Assembly (NCBI GenBank): GCA_001002135.1
Contig: LCLP01000003.1
Span: 41,198-105,197, forward strand
Origin: Candidatus Pacebacteria bacterium GW2011_GWA1_46_10
Lineage (GTDB): Bacteria > Patescibacteriota > Microgenomatia > UBA1400 > PJMF01
Direction: 5' to 3'
Length of the DNA: 64,000 bases
Below are positions 53,456 through 63,070 of this stretch, one piece after another; position 1 is the stretch's first letter, and each line of letters begins with the position of its first letter. Position numbers and translations under genes: made by a program. Under the pieces are notes generated by a model. It saw only the letters and a program-made list of their open reading frames with translations, had not been told where the DNA came from and did not search any database.

Positions 53456-55580
53456 TAATTATATGCTGCTTTTGAGCAAATATACTATAACAGAAATTGA
53501 CCCATCAGCTGTAGATGTAAAACGGTACAATAAAAAAATCATGAGTTTTGTTGCCGCCATTACTTTCGCTTTCCACGCCCTTCTCCTTACGCTTCCCTTC
53601 GTCTTTACTTGGTCCAACAGTGAGTTGTTTGAGTTTAATAAAATGCTGGCAGTGTATGGCTTTACCGTCGTCATTGGCAGTCTCTGGTTAGCACGGATGA
53701 TCCGGGAGAAACGTTTTATTTGGCGACAAGATCCAATAGCTCTTTTGGTACTGATCTTTTTAACTGGTCAAGCAGTGGCCACCCTTTTTTCCATTCATTT
53801 TCGCACCTCAATCTTTGGCTTTTACAGTCGTCTCAATGGCGGGTTTCTTTCTTCACTCTCGTACACCATATTGGTGCTGGCATTAATTAATAATGTCTCC
53901 AAAAAACAAACTTTGCCGTTGCTTCTCACCACGCTGGTCGGAGCTTTTTTGGCTGCACTCTACGCTCTGCCGGAACATTTCGGCGTTTCCCCCAGCTGTT
54001 ACCTCATTCAAAAAAAATGGGATGTTGCTTGCTGGAAACAAGACGTTCAAGCGCGAGTATTTGGCACCTTCGGCCAACCAAACTGGCTGGCGATGTACCT
54101 GATCGGCTCGATACCAATCGCCTGGGTTTTTCTGCAAAAACAAGGTAAGGCCAAAAATTTCTGGCTGGGAACACTAGCAGTATTCCTGCTCGTTTTGTGG
54201 TTTACCCAATCACGCTCGGGCTTCGTAGCCTTGGCGGCAGGAGTGGCTACTTTGGCTCTCTTTCACTGGCAAGCCGTCTGGCTTAAGAAAATGAAAGCCC
54301 TGCTTCGACCACGCTGGTTAAGAGCAACTGGAGTGGTTGGTATCATTGGCGTACTGCTGGCTGGCGGCGTGCTGTTGGGGAAGGTCATTCCTTCCAGTGA
54401 AGGCGGTGAGTCCTTTGACCTGTCGCAAGGCACTGGGTCTGGGTCAATTCGCTTGATTGTTTGGCGTGGGGCGCTCAAGGTATGGCAGCGCGCTCCATGG
54501 TTTGGCTCAGGGCCTGGCACTTTTGCTTACAGTTACTATCAAGACCGACCGGTCGAACATAACCTCGTCTCGGAATGGAACTTCCTTTATAACAAAGCTC
54601 ACAACGAATTCCTTAATTACCTGGCCGAAACCGGTTTAGTTGGTTTGACTACCTATCTAACTTTCCTCATTGGTCTCTTTTGGCTCTTGCAGGTCAAGCA
54701 AACCAGAAAATCACCCGTCGTCACTGTTCATCAAGCTGTTTTCGCCAGCTTGGTCGGTCTGTCAGTCACTCACTTCTTCGGCTTCTCCACGGTCACCAGC
54801 AACCTGCTACTCTTTCTCCTGCCGGCCATCGCTTTGCTCCAACCGAAAACTGACACTGCCAATTTTCCCAAAAGACTAAAGCCTTGGCAAAAACTGTCAT
54901 TTGGTGGCTTGGCTTTGGTGGTCATCGCTCTTTTTTGGCAGCTACTGGCCATCTGGGAGGCTGATTGGTGGTACACCAATGGCAAGAAGTTACAAACAGA
55001 ACTTGAATATGCCGAGGCTGTCACCGCTTTGCAAACAGCGACAAAAATCAAACCAACCGAGGCGCTCTACTATGATGAATTGGCCAATCTCTATTCAAAA
55101 CTGGCCTTAGAATATTCGCTGGTTGGTGAGACCACTGCCAGTGCACAACTGACTGAGGCAGCCCTGCAAAACACTGACTTCACCTTGCTTTTGAATCCAC
55201 ACCACCTTAACTTCTATAAAACCAGAGTGCGGGTGCTTTTTATGCTGGCCCAAATCGACCAGCAATACCTGGCCCAGGCAGAAAAAACACTCAAAGCTGC
55301 CCTAGAGCTTGCCCCGACCGACGCTCAGCTTTGGTATAACCTGGGCATTGTCCAGCAAGAGTTAAGTAAATATGACGAAGCAGTGCAGACGTTACAGTAC
55401 ACTGTTAATCTCAAACCCAATTATGTTCGCGCTCGCTCACAACTAGGGGACCTCCTCATTCAGCTTGGCCGCATTGAAGAAGGCAAAGCCCAGTACCAAT
55501 TCATCCTCGAAAAACTGTCTTCCACTGACGAAGAAGTGAGAACCAAGTTAAACGCGCTGGAAACACCAACCACAGAATGA
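53424..55580 (+). CDS. O-antigen ligase-like (Wzy_C) polytopic membrane protein with C-terminal TPR repeats
   Basis: ~10-12 TM region with long periplasmic loop, then TPR-like repeats (..YDEAVQTLQYTVNLKPNYVRARSQLGDLLIQLGRIEEG..); probable start MSFVAAITF at 53541. Confidence 0.6.
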   Translation: MGRLVSVMNGNNYMLLLSKYTITEIDPSAVDVKRYNKKIMSFVAAITFAFHALLLTLPFVFTWSNSELFEFNKMLAVYGFTVVIGSLWLARMIREKRFIWRQDPIALLVLIFLTGQAVATLFSIHFRTSIFGFYSRLNGGFLSSLSYTILVLALINNVSKKQTLPLLLTTLVGAFLAALYALPEHFGVSPSCYLIQKKWDVACWKQDVQARVFGTFGQPNWLAMYLIGSIPIAWVFLQKQGKAKNFWLGTLAVFLLVLWFTQSRSGFVALAAGVATLALFHWQAVWLKKMKALLRPRWLRATGVVGIIGVLLAGGVLLGKVIPSSEGGESFDLSQGTGSGSIRLIVWRGALKVWQRAPWFGSGPGTFAYSYYQDRPVEHNLVSEWNFLYNKAHNEFLNYLAETGLVGLTTYLTFLIGLFWLLQVKQTRKSPVVTVHQAVFASLVGLSVTHFFGFSTVTSNLLLFLLPAIALLQPKTDTANFPKRLKPWQKLSFGGLALVVIALFWQLLAIWEADWWYTNGKKLQTELEYAEAVTALQTATKIKPTEALYYDELANLYSKLALEYSLVGETTASAQLTEAALQNTDFTLLLNPHHLNFYKTRVRVLFMLAQIDQQYLAQAEKTLKAALELAPTDAQLWYNLGIVQQELSKYDEAVQTLQYTVNLKPNYVRARSQLGDLLIQLGRIEEGKAQYQFILEKLSSTDEEVRTKLNALETPTTE

Positions 55581-56230
55581 AAATCGACGAAATTTACCGC
55601 CGGTACCACCTCCCACCCGGACTCCAGCAACACCAGCTCACTGTGGCCGCGGTGGGTAAATACCTTATCGACTATTGGCAAGGACCAGCAATTGATGAGT
55701 CAGCGATTGTCACCGCTTTACTCGTCCATGATCTTGGCAACTTGGTGAAATTTGACCTGACTGGGAGTACAAAGGCGCTCGACCCTACTTTGCTGACCAA
55801 TGAGTGGCGTGAACAACAAACCCAACTGCGCGCCAAATATGGCTATCACTCACACCAAGCCACTTTACAAATGTTACAAGAACTAGGTCTACCCGAAAAA
55901 GTCAGACAACTGGCCGCCAAAATGAACGCTGCCGATGTTTGTCAGATCGCCGAGGACTCACTGGCACAACAAATCTGCGAATACGCCGATCTGAGAGTGA
56001 TTCCAACTGGCGTAACATCATTACACGATCGATTAGTAGATCTGCGGCACCGCTACTCGCACCATCCTGGTTGGGACAACGAAATAAACTTTCAACAAAA
56101 TGTCACCTGTGCCAAACAAATCGAAGATAGACTCCAACAACACACCAGTGTCGACATCACTCAGATTCCGCCAGAGAAAATTCAGGCCCTTCTGGTAAAA
56201 TTACCCCAGTTTGCAATCCAAACAAACTAG
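55577..56230 (+). CDS. HD-domain protein
   Basis: 217 aa; ..HQLTVAAVGKYL.. and ..LLVHDLGN.. His/HD metal-ligand motifs. Confidence 0.55.
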   Translation: MKIDEIYRRYHLPPGLQQHQLTVAAVGKYLIDYWQGPAIDESAIVTALLVHDLGNLVKFDLTGSTKALDPTLLTNEWREQQTQLRAKYGYHSHQATLQMLQELGLPEKVRQLAAKMNAADVCQIAEDSLAQQICEYADLRVIPTGVTSLHDRLVDLRHRYSHHPGWDNEINFQQNVTCAKQIEDRLQQHTSVDITQIPPEKIQALLVKLPQFAIQTN

Positions 56231-56233
56231 GGT

Positions 56234-56794
56234 ATGAAGATTATCACCATTCCCCACCCTACTCTCCGCCAGACGGCCACGAAAGTGACCAAGTTTTCTG
56301 ATGATCTTCAACGGTTTGTAAAAAACCTGCAAACCACCCTCCAGCAAACCAACAATCCGCGCGGGGTGGGACTAGCCGCTCCGCAAGTTGATCGTCTCAT
56401 CAGGGTCTTTGCCACTCACATCGAAGAAGACGCTCAAGTCATGCCGCGCATCTTTATCAACCCAGTGGCCACCAAACAGAGTAAAAAACACACCTTTGGC
56501 GCTGACCCGGAAAACCCTCGGTTGGAAGGGTGTTTATCAATGCCGCTTTTATACGGTCCTGTACCCCGCTGGGAATGGGTCGAAGTGGAGTATCAAACCT
56601 ACCAAGACAATCAATTAGTGGAAAAACGAGAGCGTTTCGATGGTTTCCATGCTCGGGTAATCCAACATGAAATCGATCACTTAAACGGCATTCTTTTTAC
56701 CGATTACTCACTCAAATACGAGCTACCGGTTTACCGCGAAGTAAAAAATGAGCTCGTCGAACTCACCGATCGCAGTATTTTAGAACTCTATTAA
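56234..56794 (+). CDS. def: peptide deformylase
   Basis: Motifs GVGLAAPQV, EGCLS, HEIDHLNG. Confidence 0.9.
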   Translation: MKIITIPHPTLRQTATKVTKFSDDLQRFVKNLQTTLQQTNNPRGVGLAAPQVDRLIRVFATHIEEDAQVMPRIFINPVATKQSKKHTFGADPENPRLEGCLSMPLLYGPVPRWEWVEVEYQTYQDNQLVEKRERFDGFHARVIQHEIDHLNGILFTDYSLKYELPVYREVKNELVELTDRSILELY

Positions 56795-56842
56795 CTACTC
56801 ATTTAACTATTAACTTTAAACTACTAACTTTTTAAACCGACC

Positions 56843-57751
56843 ATGTATACCATCGCTGTCGCCGGCTCAACTCAACGCACCGCCAAGGTAGCACAAACAC
56901 TGCTGAACGATCCCCGATTCCAGGTTTCTTTAGTAGTCACCCCTTCACCAAAACCGGTGGGTCGCAAACAAGTCTTGACTCAAAACCCGCTCCACGAACT
57001 AGCGGAAAAGCACCAATTGCCGATTATTTTAGTCAAGGCAAAACTGGATAACGATATTCGCCAACAAATCAAACAAATTCACCAACCAACCCCATTTGAT
57101 TTTTTCTTGGTGGTCGATTTTGGTTTTCTTGTTCCCCAATGGTTGTTGAACCTGCCCACAATTGCTCCACTTAATATTCACCCTTCCGCGCTTCCCCGCT
57201 GGCGCGGCGCCTCACCCGGACAATACGTGCTCTTACACGGCGAAAAAGAGTCAGCGGTTACCTTGATGGTGATGAACGCAAAAATGGACACGGGCCCGAT
57301 CATCGCTCAACTGGAGTTTAAAGTCGAACCAACTTGGACCCAAACCGAATATTACCAACACAGTTTCGATTTGATCTGCAGCGGTTTGGGCGATCTTCTG
57401 GAGCAATTTGCCACAGGCAAACTCACTGCTCGCCCACAACCGGACACCTCGCCAACCCCACTGGCCGACCGACTGAATAAAGCGGAAGCTTTCCGCGACT
57501 GGCAAACTATCAAACAGGCCATGAACACAGGCCAGCAAGCCACCGAACTCGAACAAGCCTGTCGCGCTTACTCCCCCTGGCCAAAACTGTGGACAAAACT
57601 GCCCACCAAGCAAGGTGAACAGCGGATGATTATCCATCGCTGCCAGCTTAATCAAGCAGGCCAGCTCGAACTTTTAGAGGTACAATTGGCAGGCAAAACC
57701 AAGACCACTTGGCACGAAATTAAATCCGTCCTAAAAACGCACCATGACTAA
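56843..57751 (+). CDS. fmt: methionyl-tRNA formyltransferase
   Basis: 302 aa; formyltransferase N-domain ..NIHPSALPRWRGASP.. and C-terminal tRNA-binding domain; follows def. Confidence 0.9.
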   Translation: MYTIAVAGSTQRTAKVAQTLLNDPRFQVSLVVTPSPKPVGRKQVLTQNPLHELAEKHQLPIILVKAKLDNDIRQQIKQIHQPTPFDFFLVVDFGFLVPQWLLNLPTIAPLNIHPSALPRWRGASPGQYVLLHGEKESAVTLMVMNAKMDTGPIIAQLEFKVEPTWTQTEYYQHSFDLICSGLGDLLEQFATGKLTARPQPDTSPTPLADRLNKAEAFRDWQTIKQAMNTGQQATELEQACRAYSPWPKLWTKLPTKQGEQRMIIHRCQLNQAGQLELLEVQLAGKTKTTWHEIKSVLKTHHD

Positions 57752-57831
57752 AAAGAGTAGGTCATTGACCTCTCAGTCATAAACTGCAAACGGCCTTTTC
57801 TTTGTCCTGATAAATAGGATAAGATTTAAGT

Positions 57832-59052
57832 ATGGAAAAATCTGATACTTGGCCACTAGCTCCTCAAGAACATAAACCTTGGGCCGGCCCTCCGAGCATT
57901 AAAAGAGCTATTAGAATGATCTTTAATAAAGGAGGTTATGATTTTTCACTGCCCGATCAACCAGGGCAACAGCAAAACACTCAACCGCTAGTTGATAAAA
58001 ATAAAAAACCCAAAGAACCTTCCATTAAGCCAGCAGAAACAATAGAGGTTGTTGGTGAAGAACGTCGTAATGAAGAACCACGGCTTGAAACATTGGTTGG
58101 CCTAGACCCAACCATCGAAAAACTTGGCGAAAAAGTTTTTTCGTACACTTACAGCGGTTTAGAACTTGTCAAGAAAGGCGCAACCAAGGGTTCTGTGCAC
58201 CTAGCCAGAATTGATCTCCCTTGGAATGGGAAGGCTCTCTTACTCGAGCGTACTTCCCCCAATCACGAGGCACAAGACTCGATTACGCTGGTGGTTGATT
58301 GGCAAAAACAAGTAGTAACCTGGGTCAGAGCTGACGGGGTAACTAAGATTAGACATACGAACCCTGATCAAGCCCGCAAAAATGACTCTGCCACCTTCGC
58401 CACTGCCTTGACCAAAAAAGTAGCTACCATTTACCCTCCAAGTGACAAAGACACCTTGGCGGATTGGGAGAAAGAGGAGCAAAAATGGCAAGCCGCTGCC
58501 ACACAGGGAATCCACAATCTTTCTCAAGTTTTCAACAACCGAGGGTTAGAAGCGGCGGCATCGGTTGACTGTGGGCTCTTAATGAAATATCAAAGCGAAG
58601 CGGGAAAATCGTACCGAATTAATAGCCTCCGCATCGGTTCGACGGCTAAAATCGACCAAAAAACCGGCCAGATGAAAACCGGTGATTACGGCGGTCGAGA
58701 AGTTTGGGTCCAAATAAACAATCAGTTCCAAAGAGTGCCCACTTGGCCAGTAGATCTCGAGAGAAACTTTGCCGGCTCTGTCGAGAATCAATCAGCAAAG
58801 GCCAGACAAAAAAGCGAAAGCTACTCTGCCGACAACGGACTGACTCTGACCAGCTTTACAGACGGCTTAAAACCCATTTCTCAAGGAGTGGAACAAGGAG
58901 TAATGGACCGACTGGTAACAATTTTCTCCGGTAATGATATCAGTGGCGAACTTAATAAGGTCGAACTGCAAAAACTCCTCGGGGATGGGCGGTATATTAA
59001 CAGTGCTGATGATGCTTCGCTGATCGCGATTAGTTTGCCGTCAGCCAGCTAA
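57832..59052 (+). CDS. hypothetical protein
   Basis: 406-aa ORF, hydrophilic, no recognised motifs. Confidence 0.55.
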   Translation: MEKSDTWPLAPQEHKPWAGPPSIKRAIRMIFNKGGYDFSLPDQPGQQQNTQPLVDKNKKPKEPSIKPAETIEVVGEERRNEEPRLETLVGLDPTIEKLGEKVFSYTYSGLELVKKGATKGSVHLARIDLPWNGKALLLERTSPNHEAQDSITLVVDWQKQVVTWVRADGVTKIRHTNPDQARKNDSATFATALTKKVATIYPPSDKDTLADWEKEEQKWQAAATQGIHNLSQVFNNRGLEAAASVDCGLLMKYQSEAGKSYRINSLRIGSTAKIDQKTGQMKTGDYGGREVWVQINNQFQRVPTWPVDLERNFAGSVENQSAKARQKSESYSADNGLTLTSFTDGLKPISQGVEQGVMDRLVTIFSGNDISGELNKVELQKLLGDGRYINSADDASLIAISLPSAS

Positions 59053-59064
59053 AGCCCAGCAAAA

Positions 59065-59436
59065 TTACTGCTTAGCTTTTTTCCGAGTGGCTTTCTTTGG
59101 CGCCACTTTCTTTTCCACCTTTGCCTCAACCTTGGCTTTCGCCTCAGTCTTAGCTTTCTTTTCAACTGGTTGAGGCACTGGTTGAGCCACCGGTTGAACT
59201 ACAGGAGCCGCCTTTTTTCTCTGTTTCTCTTCGGGCTTGTAGTGTGTAGTCATACCTGACTTTTTCAGCATCCGTAAAATTTTAGTGGGCACACGCATCC
59301 GCTGCTTTTTGCCGTCAACCACGATTGTCACGGTATGTAAGTTGTATTTGAACGCGCGCTTTTTGCGATTCTTGGCGTGGGACACTGTGTGACCAATGTG
59401 TGAAACTTTGGGGAATTTATATGAGAAGCCTTTCAT
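59065..59436 (-). CDS. rpmB: 50S ribosomal protein L28 with Lys/Ala/Pro-rich C-terminal extension
   Basis: N-terminal ~60 aa ..VSHAKNRKKRAFKYNLHTVTIVVDGKKQRMRVPTKILRMLKK.. matches L28 core; ~55-aa KKAAPVVQPVAQPVPQPVEKKAK tail. Confidence 0.7.
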   Translation of the reverse strand: MKGFSYKFPKVSHIGHTVSHAKNRKKRAFKYNLHTVTIVVDGKKQRMRVPTKILRMLKKSGMTTHYKPEEKQRKKAAPVVQPVAQPVPQPVEKKAKTEAKAKVEAKVEKKVAPKKATRKKAKQ

Positions 59437-59509
59437 AGATAAGTGGGAATTGTAACATTTCCCCCTTTGTTGGGCAAACTACAGTTTAGCAACTGACTCA
59501 CGTTATAAT

Positions 59510-60136
59510 GTGAGACAGATGTTACAACTCTTAGCCACCAATCCATTGGCTTTCGTGATTATTTTCGGTGGCTTACTGCTCTCCGTCACCATCCACGAGT
59601 ACGCCCACTGCCTGATCACCGACAAACTGGGTGACCCCACTCCTAGGTCAAAAGGCCGACTGACACTCGATCCGCGAGCTCACCTCGATCCCCTTGGGAC
59701 CCTGATGATTCTCTTTGCCAATTTTGGCTGGGGCAAACCAGCGCCCTTTGACCCATACAACCTCAAAAACCCCGTTCGCGACACGGCGCTGATTGCGGCC
59801 GCCGGACCGGTGACAAACTTGGCCGCTGCCTTACTCTTGGCACTGCTTCTCAACCTTGGGTTAATCCCATTTCTTTGGCTGCAAGTGGCAGTGTTTCAAA
59901 TCATGGCCATCAACGTGATGCTGGCCGTTTTCAACTTAGTGCCGGTCTATCCCCTGGACGGCAGTAAAATTTTAACCGCGATCTTACCCAAAGAAACAGC
60001 CATGGAATATGAAGCCACCATGATGAGGTACGGCACCCTAATTCTTTTGTTCCTCATTTTTCCGTGGAACGGTATCTCGCCAGTTGCCAGACTACTTTCG
60101 CCGGTGATTAATATGGTGCTGACTTGGTTAATTTAG
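59510..60136 (+). CDS. M50 family (site-2 protease-like) membrane metalloprotease
   Basis: HEYAH zinc motif in TM1, downstream NLVPVYPLDGSKIL (LDG motif) typical of M50B. Confidence 0.75.
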   Translation: MRQMLQLLATNPLAFVIIFGGLLLSVTIHEYAHCLITDKLGDPTPRSKGRLTLDPRAHLDPLGTLMILFANFGWGKPAPFDPYNLKNPVRDTALIAAAGPVTNLAAALLLALLLNLGLIPFLWLQVAVFQIMAINVMLAVFNLVPVYPLDGSKILTAILPKETAMEYEATMMRYGTLILLFLIFPWNGISPVARLLSPVINMVLTWLI

Positions 60137-60269
60137 TTTTTTTTCTAAATTTTCCGCTTCAAATCAAACCTCCAACCTAAAAGTTACACTTTTTGTCAAA
60201 TTCCTACCGTACAATCAGTTTAAAGTAAAGCACATTGTTACTTGCAAAATGTGACATATATGGAACAAT

Positions 60270-60581
60270 ATGAAGAAAATAATTCACTACGATCAAAAAG
60301 CAAAAAAGGAATTTTTAAAATTACCTAACAGCGTACAAAAATATTTTAATTTTGCTTTTGATGTTCTTAGAAAAACCGGCAAGTTGGATTTTCCATTAGG
60401 GAGAAGGTTGTAAAATAATCTATTTGAAGTAAGAGTTATAGGAACAACCCAGTGGAGAGCTATCTATGCATACCTGCCAAAAAATATAATCATCATCCTA
60501 ACTTTCTTTGCCAAGAAAACTCAGAAAACACCCAAAAGAGAGATTGAGCTGGCAATAAAGAGAAGAAGAAAGTATCTATGA
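60270..60581 (+). pseudogene. HigB-like (RelE/ParE superfamily, Gp49-like) toxin gene interrupted by an in-frame TAA at 60411-60413
   Basis: Single frame reads MKKIIHYDQKAKKEFLKLPNSVQKYFNFAFDVLRKTGKLDFPLGRRL*NNLFEVRVIGTTQWRAIYAYLPKNIIIILTFFAKKTQKTPKREIELAIKRRRKYL; both halves match HigB-like toxins; stop TGA overlaps next ATG (ATGA). Confidence 0.65.
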
Positions 60582-60901
60582 AAAACAAAACCAGAAACAA
60601 ACCACTCACTTTAGAGGAAAAACTTAAGAAATACGCAGTCCCTTTTGAAGATATGCTGGCTGAACTTTCTCCCAAGGAAAGAAAAGAAATTGATTCGCTT
60701 TCTAACTATTACATTGCTCTCATGGACATTTTTTCCCTAAGGAAAAATCTTAACCTCACTCAGGCGGAATTAGCCAAAAGGTCATCAGTCCCTCGTAGTA
60801 CTATTAGCAAAATAGAGTCCGGCGAGAGAAACGCCACCATTCATACATTGATGAAAATTGCTGCAGGTATGGGAAAAGAACTGAGAGTAACCCTAGTTTA
60901 A
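60578..60901 (+). CDS. HigA-like XRE-family HTH antitoxin
   Basis: 107 aa; C-terminal HTH_XRE ..LNLTQAELAKRSSVPRSTISKIESGERNATIHTLMKIA.. Confidence 0.65.
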   Translation: MKNKTRNKPLTLEEKLKKYAVPFEDMLAELSPKERKEIDSLSNYYIALMDIFSLRKNLNLTQAELAKRSSVPRSTISKIESGERNATIHTLMKIAAGMGKELRVTLV

Positions 60902-60912
60902 TCTAGTCGCTA

Positions 60913-62364
60913 CTATCCTCCCCAAAATGTCACCGTCACCAAAATCGCAAAGAAAGCAAATGCCAACAACATTAGGAGCTTGCGCAACCAGTGCGGTTGA
61001 TAGGCTTTGGGCAGATGCTTTTTATTAAGCCAATACAACAGTGGAAACGACACCATCATCGCCGCCGCGTTTAAGACCGCCGACAAAGTGAGTAGAAATC
61101 GTGGTTCCTGCCAACCGACTAAATAAATCACCACTCCCAAAGCAATTTGTAGCCATAAGGCCGTATAAAACCCAAAAGAAAGATTAGCTTTCCTTTGGTT
61201 ACTAAAAAACAGAAAAATATTTTCAGAGATAATTCTAGACGAGGATTCCAAAATCCCTAGGTGAGTGGAAAACAACATTGCTCCAGCTACAATCAAGAAA
61301 GTATTGCCAAAAAGCGCGTTTGAACGAGCGCCAATCATTTTGGCCTCTGTATAGAGAAATGCCAACCCCTCCCCTACCTCACCACCATAAACCAAGACCT
61401 TAGCCAACACTGCCAACACCACGATAGTCAGAAATCCCAACAGCCAAAACACCAGACCATGCTCAATGTTGACCAACCGCCACCACGCTCGCCACAACCG
61501 GCGGTTGTGAGCCGTATCGGCAAAACGCTCGCCAACCACGGTCACTCGAGCCGAACCAGCCGCAAACAACGATTTAATCTTAGTGGCGTACTGACCCATA
61601 CCAAACCCTTTTTCCTTGATGTAATAAGATTGAGCTAAGTTGAGGTTGCCACCACCCCCAGAATAGGCAAAAGCGCCCAAGAAAGCGGTCAGCGCGATGC
61701 CTGGTGGAAAAAACCACCAACCATTGCCCTGACCGATCAACCCCCACCCTAGTTCTTGCCACTCACCAACACCAGCTAACAAAATCACCAACAAGGCAAT
61801 AAAAGGGAGACTAAAAAAGATAATCGTTTTTTGCACTCCTTCCACTGTCTTATACAAAGTTTTCCCTAAGCTCAGTATTACTCCCACCAACAAGAGCAAG
61901 CCAATGGCGACCCATTTCTCTGGTAAAAACGGTAGGAAACTGACCGCGATTTGCGCCGCCGCCGAGGAAAAACCCGGCAAAGACCAAGGAATAAAAGTCG
62001 AAAAAATAAACCATAACGGAATCAGCCGCGTTAATTTCTTAAAGCCAACAAAGACACTTTCTCCCCAAGCCAAGGTATAGCGCATGGCCTCCGTATTCAG
62101 CACAAACTGGAGCGTAATCCCCAGTAGTCCACCCCACAAGAGCCCCAAACCATACTGTGCGGTCAAGTACGGCCATAAAATCAGCTCACCACTGCCCAGC
62201 GCCAAACCAAGCAAGATAAACGAAGGACCGAGGGTACGTACAATACTGGGAGGAGTCGGCAAGTTACGCGGCCGGTTGGGCATAGCTCTTACTATACCGA
62301 TGATTGCAGGCGAAACCAAGTAAGATAAGCCGCTCAACTTTGTCAATGCGCCTTGGTGACTCAT
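60913..62364 (-). CDS. polytopic membrane transporter, Nramp/MntH-related (divergent)
   Basis: 483 aa, ~11-12 TM; N-terminal ..GPSFILLGLALGSGELILWPYLTAQYGLGLLWGGLLGITLQF.. parallels Nramp TM1-TM2 but DPGN motif is replaced. Confidence 0.5.
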   Translation of the reverse strand: MSHQGALTKLSGLSYLVSPAIIGIVRAMPNRPRNLPTPPSIVRTLGPSFILLGLALGSGELILWPYLTAQYGLGLLWGGLLGITLQFVLNTEAMRYTLAWGESVFVGFKKLTRLIPLWFIFSTFIPWSLPGFSSAAAQIAVSFLPFLPEKWVAIGLLLLVGVILSLGKTLYKTVEGVQKTIIFFSLPFIALLVILLAGVGEWQELGWGLIGQGNGWWFFPPGIALTAFLGAFAYSGGGGNLNLAQSYYIKEKGFGMGQYATKIKSLFAAGSARVTVVGERFADTAHNRRLWRAWWRLVNIEHGLVFWLLGFLTIVVLAVLAKVLVYGGEVGEGLAFLYTEAKMIGARSNALFGNTFLIVAGAMLFSTHLGILESSSRIISENIFLFFSNQRKANLSFGFYTALWLQIALGVVIYLVGWQEPRFLLTLSAVLNAAAMMVSFPLLYWLNKKHLPKAYQPHWLRKLLMLLAFAFFAILVTVTFWGG

Positions 62365-62404
62365 TGAGAATTAAAAAGTAATTTTGTAGTTTACTCCCCC
62401 GGCC

Positions 62405-63070
62405 ATGAAAATTCTGGTGGTCGGAGTGTCACCACTGCCCGCAATATTACAACAAGCGCTCACAAAGCGGTGCTTGATCACTACGTGTTCTCCAAAAGAC
62501 AACCTCCTTTCCATCATCGCCACCAAAGAATATGACTGTCTCCTCATCTGGTCGGAGCAAATATCGTATCTCACTTTGAAAAAAATCGTCAAACATCTTT
62601 TGGCTCGTTTCCCATCATTGAAAATACTCGTCTGCGGCCAAACCTACTCTTCACCAGCCAGAGCGATGATGTTGATGTTGGGAGTCAAAGACTGTATCGC
62701 CGGCAGAATCTGCCCTGACGAGCTAATCGCCAAACTCGCTCTTGTTTGCCAAAACGGTCAAGCCGAACAAAAAACTATTTTTACGAAAGAAGATTTTGCT
62801 TTTGATTTCACTCAAGACTTAGCTTCCTATCGCGGTGTTACTATCCCACTCAATAAAAAAGAGTCGCTGATTTTAGGAGCGCTGTTGCGCCGCCGCAACA
62901 GTGTGTTAACCAAACAACTGCTCTACAACTTGGTTTGGAGCAGCGCCAGTCCCCCTACTTCAAACAGTTTGGAAGTGTATATCAGCTCGCTGAGAAGGAA
63001 AGTCGAGAAACCGTTCGGCTTGAAATTAATCGAGTCGGTTAAAGGCGTTGGCTACCGAGTCAGAGATTAA
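62405..63070 (+). CDS. OmpR/PhoB-family winged-helix regulator with atypical receiver-like domain
   Basis: C-terminal ..EVYISSLRRKVEKPFGLKLIESVKGVGYRVR wHTH; N-terminal domain lacks acidic pocket (MKILVVGVSP) and phospho-acceptor Asp (..YDCLLIWSEQ..). Confidence 0.6.
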   Translation: MKILVVGVSPLPAILQQALTKRCLITTCSPKDNLLSIIATKEYDCLLIWSEQISYLTLKKIVKHLLARFPSLKILVCGQTYSSPARAMMLMLGVKDCIAGRICPDELIAKLALVCQNGQAEQKTIFTKEDFAFDFTQDLASYRGVTIPLNKKESLILGALLRRRNSVLTKQLLYNLVWSSASPPTSNSLEVYISSLRRKVEKPFGLKLIESVKGVGYRVRD

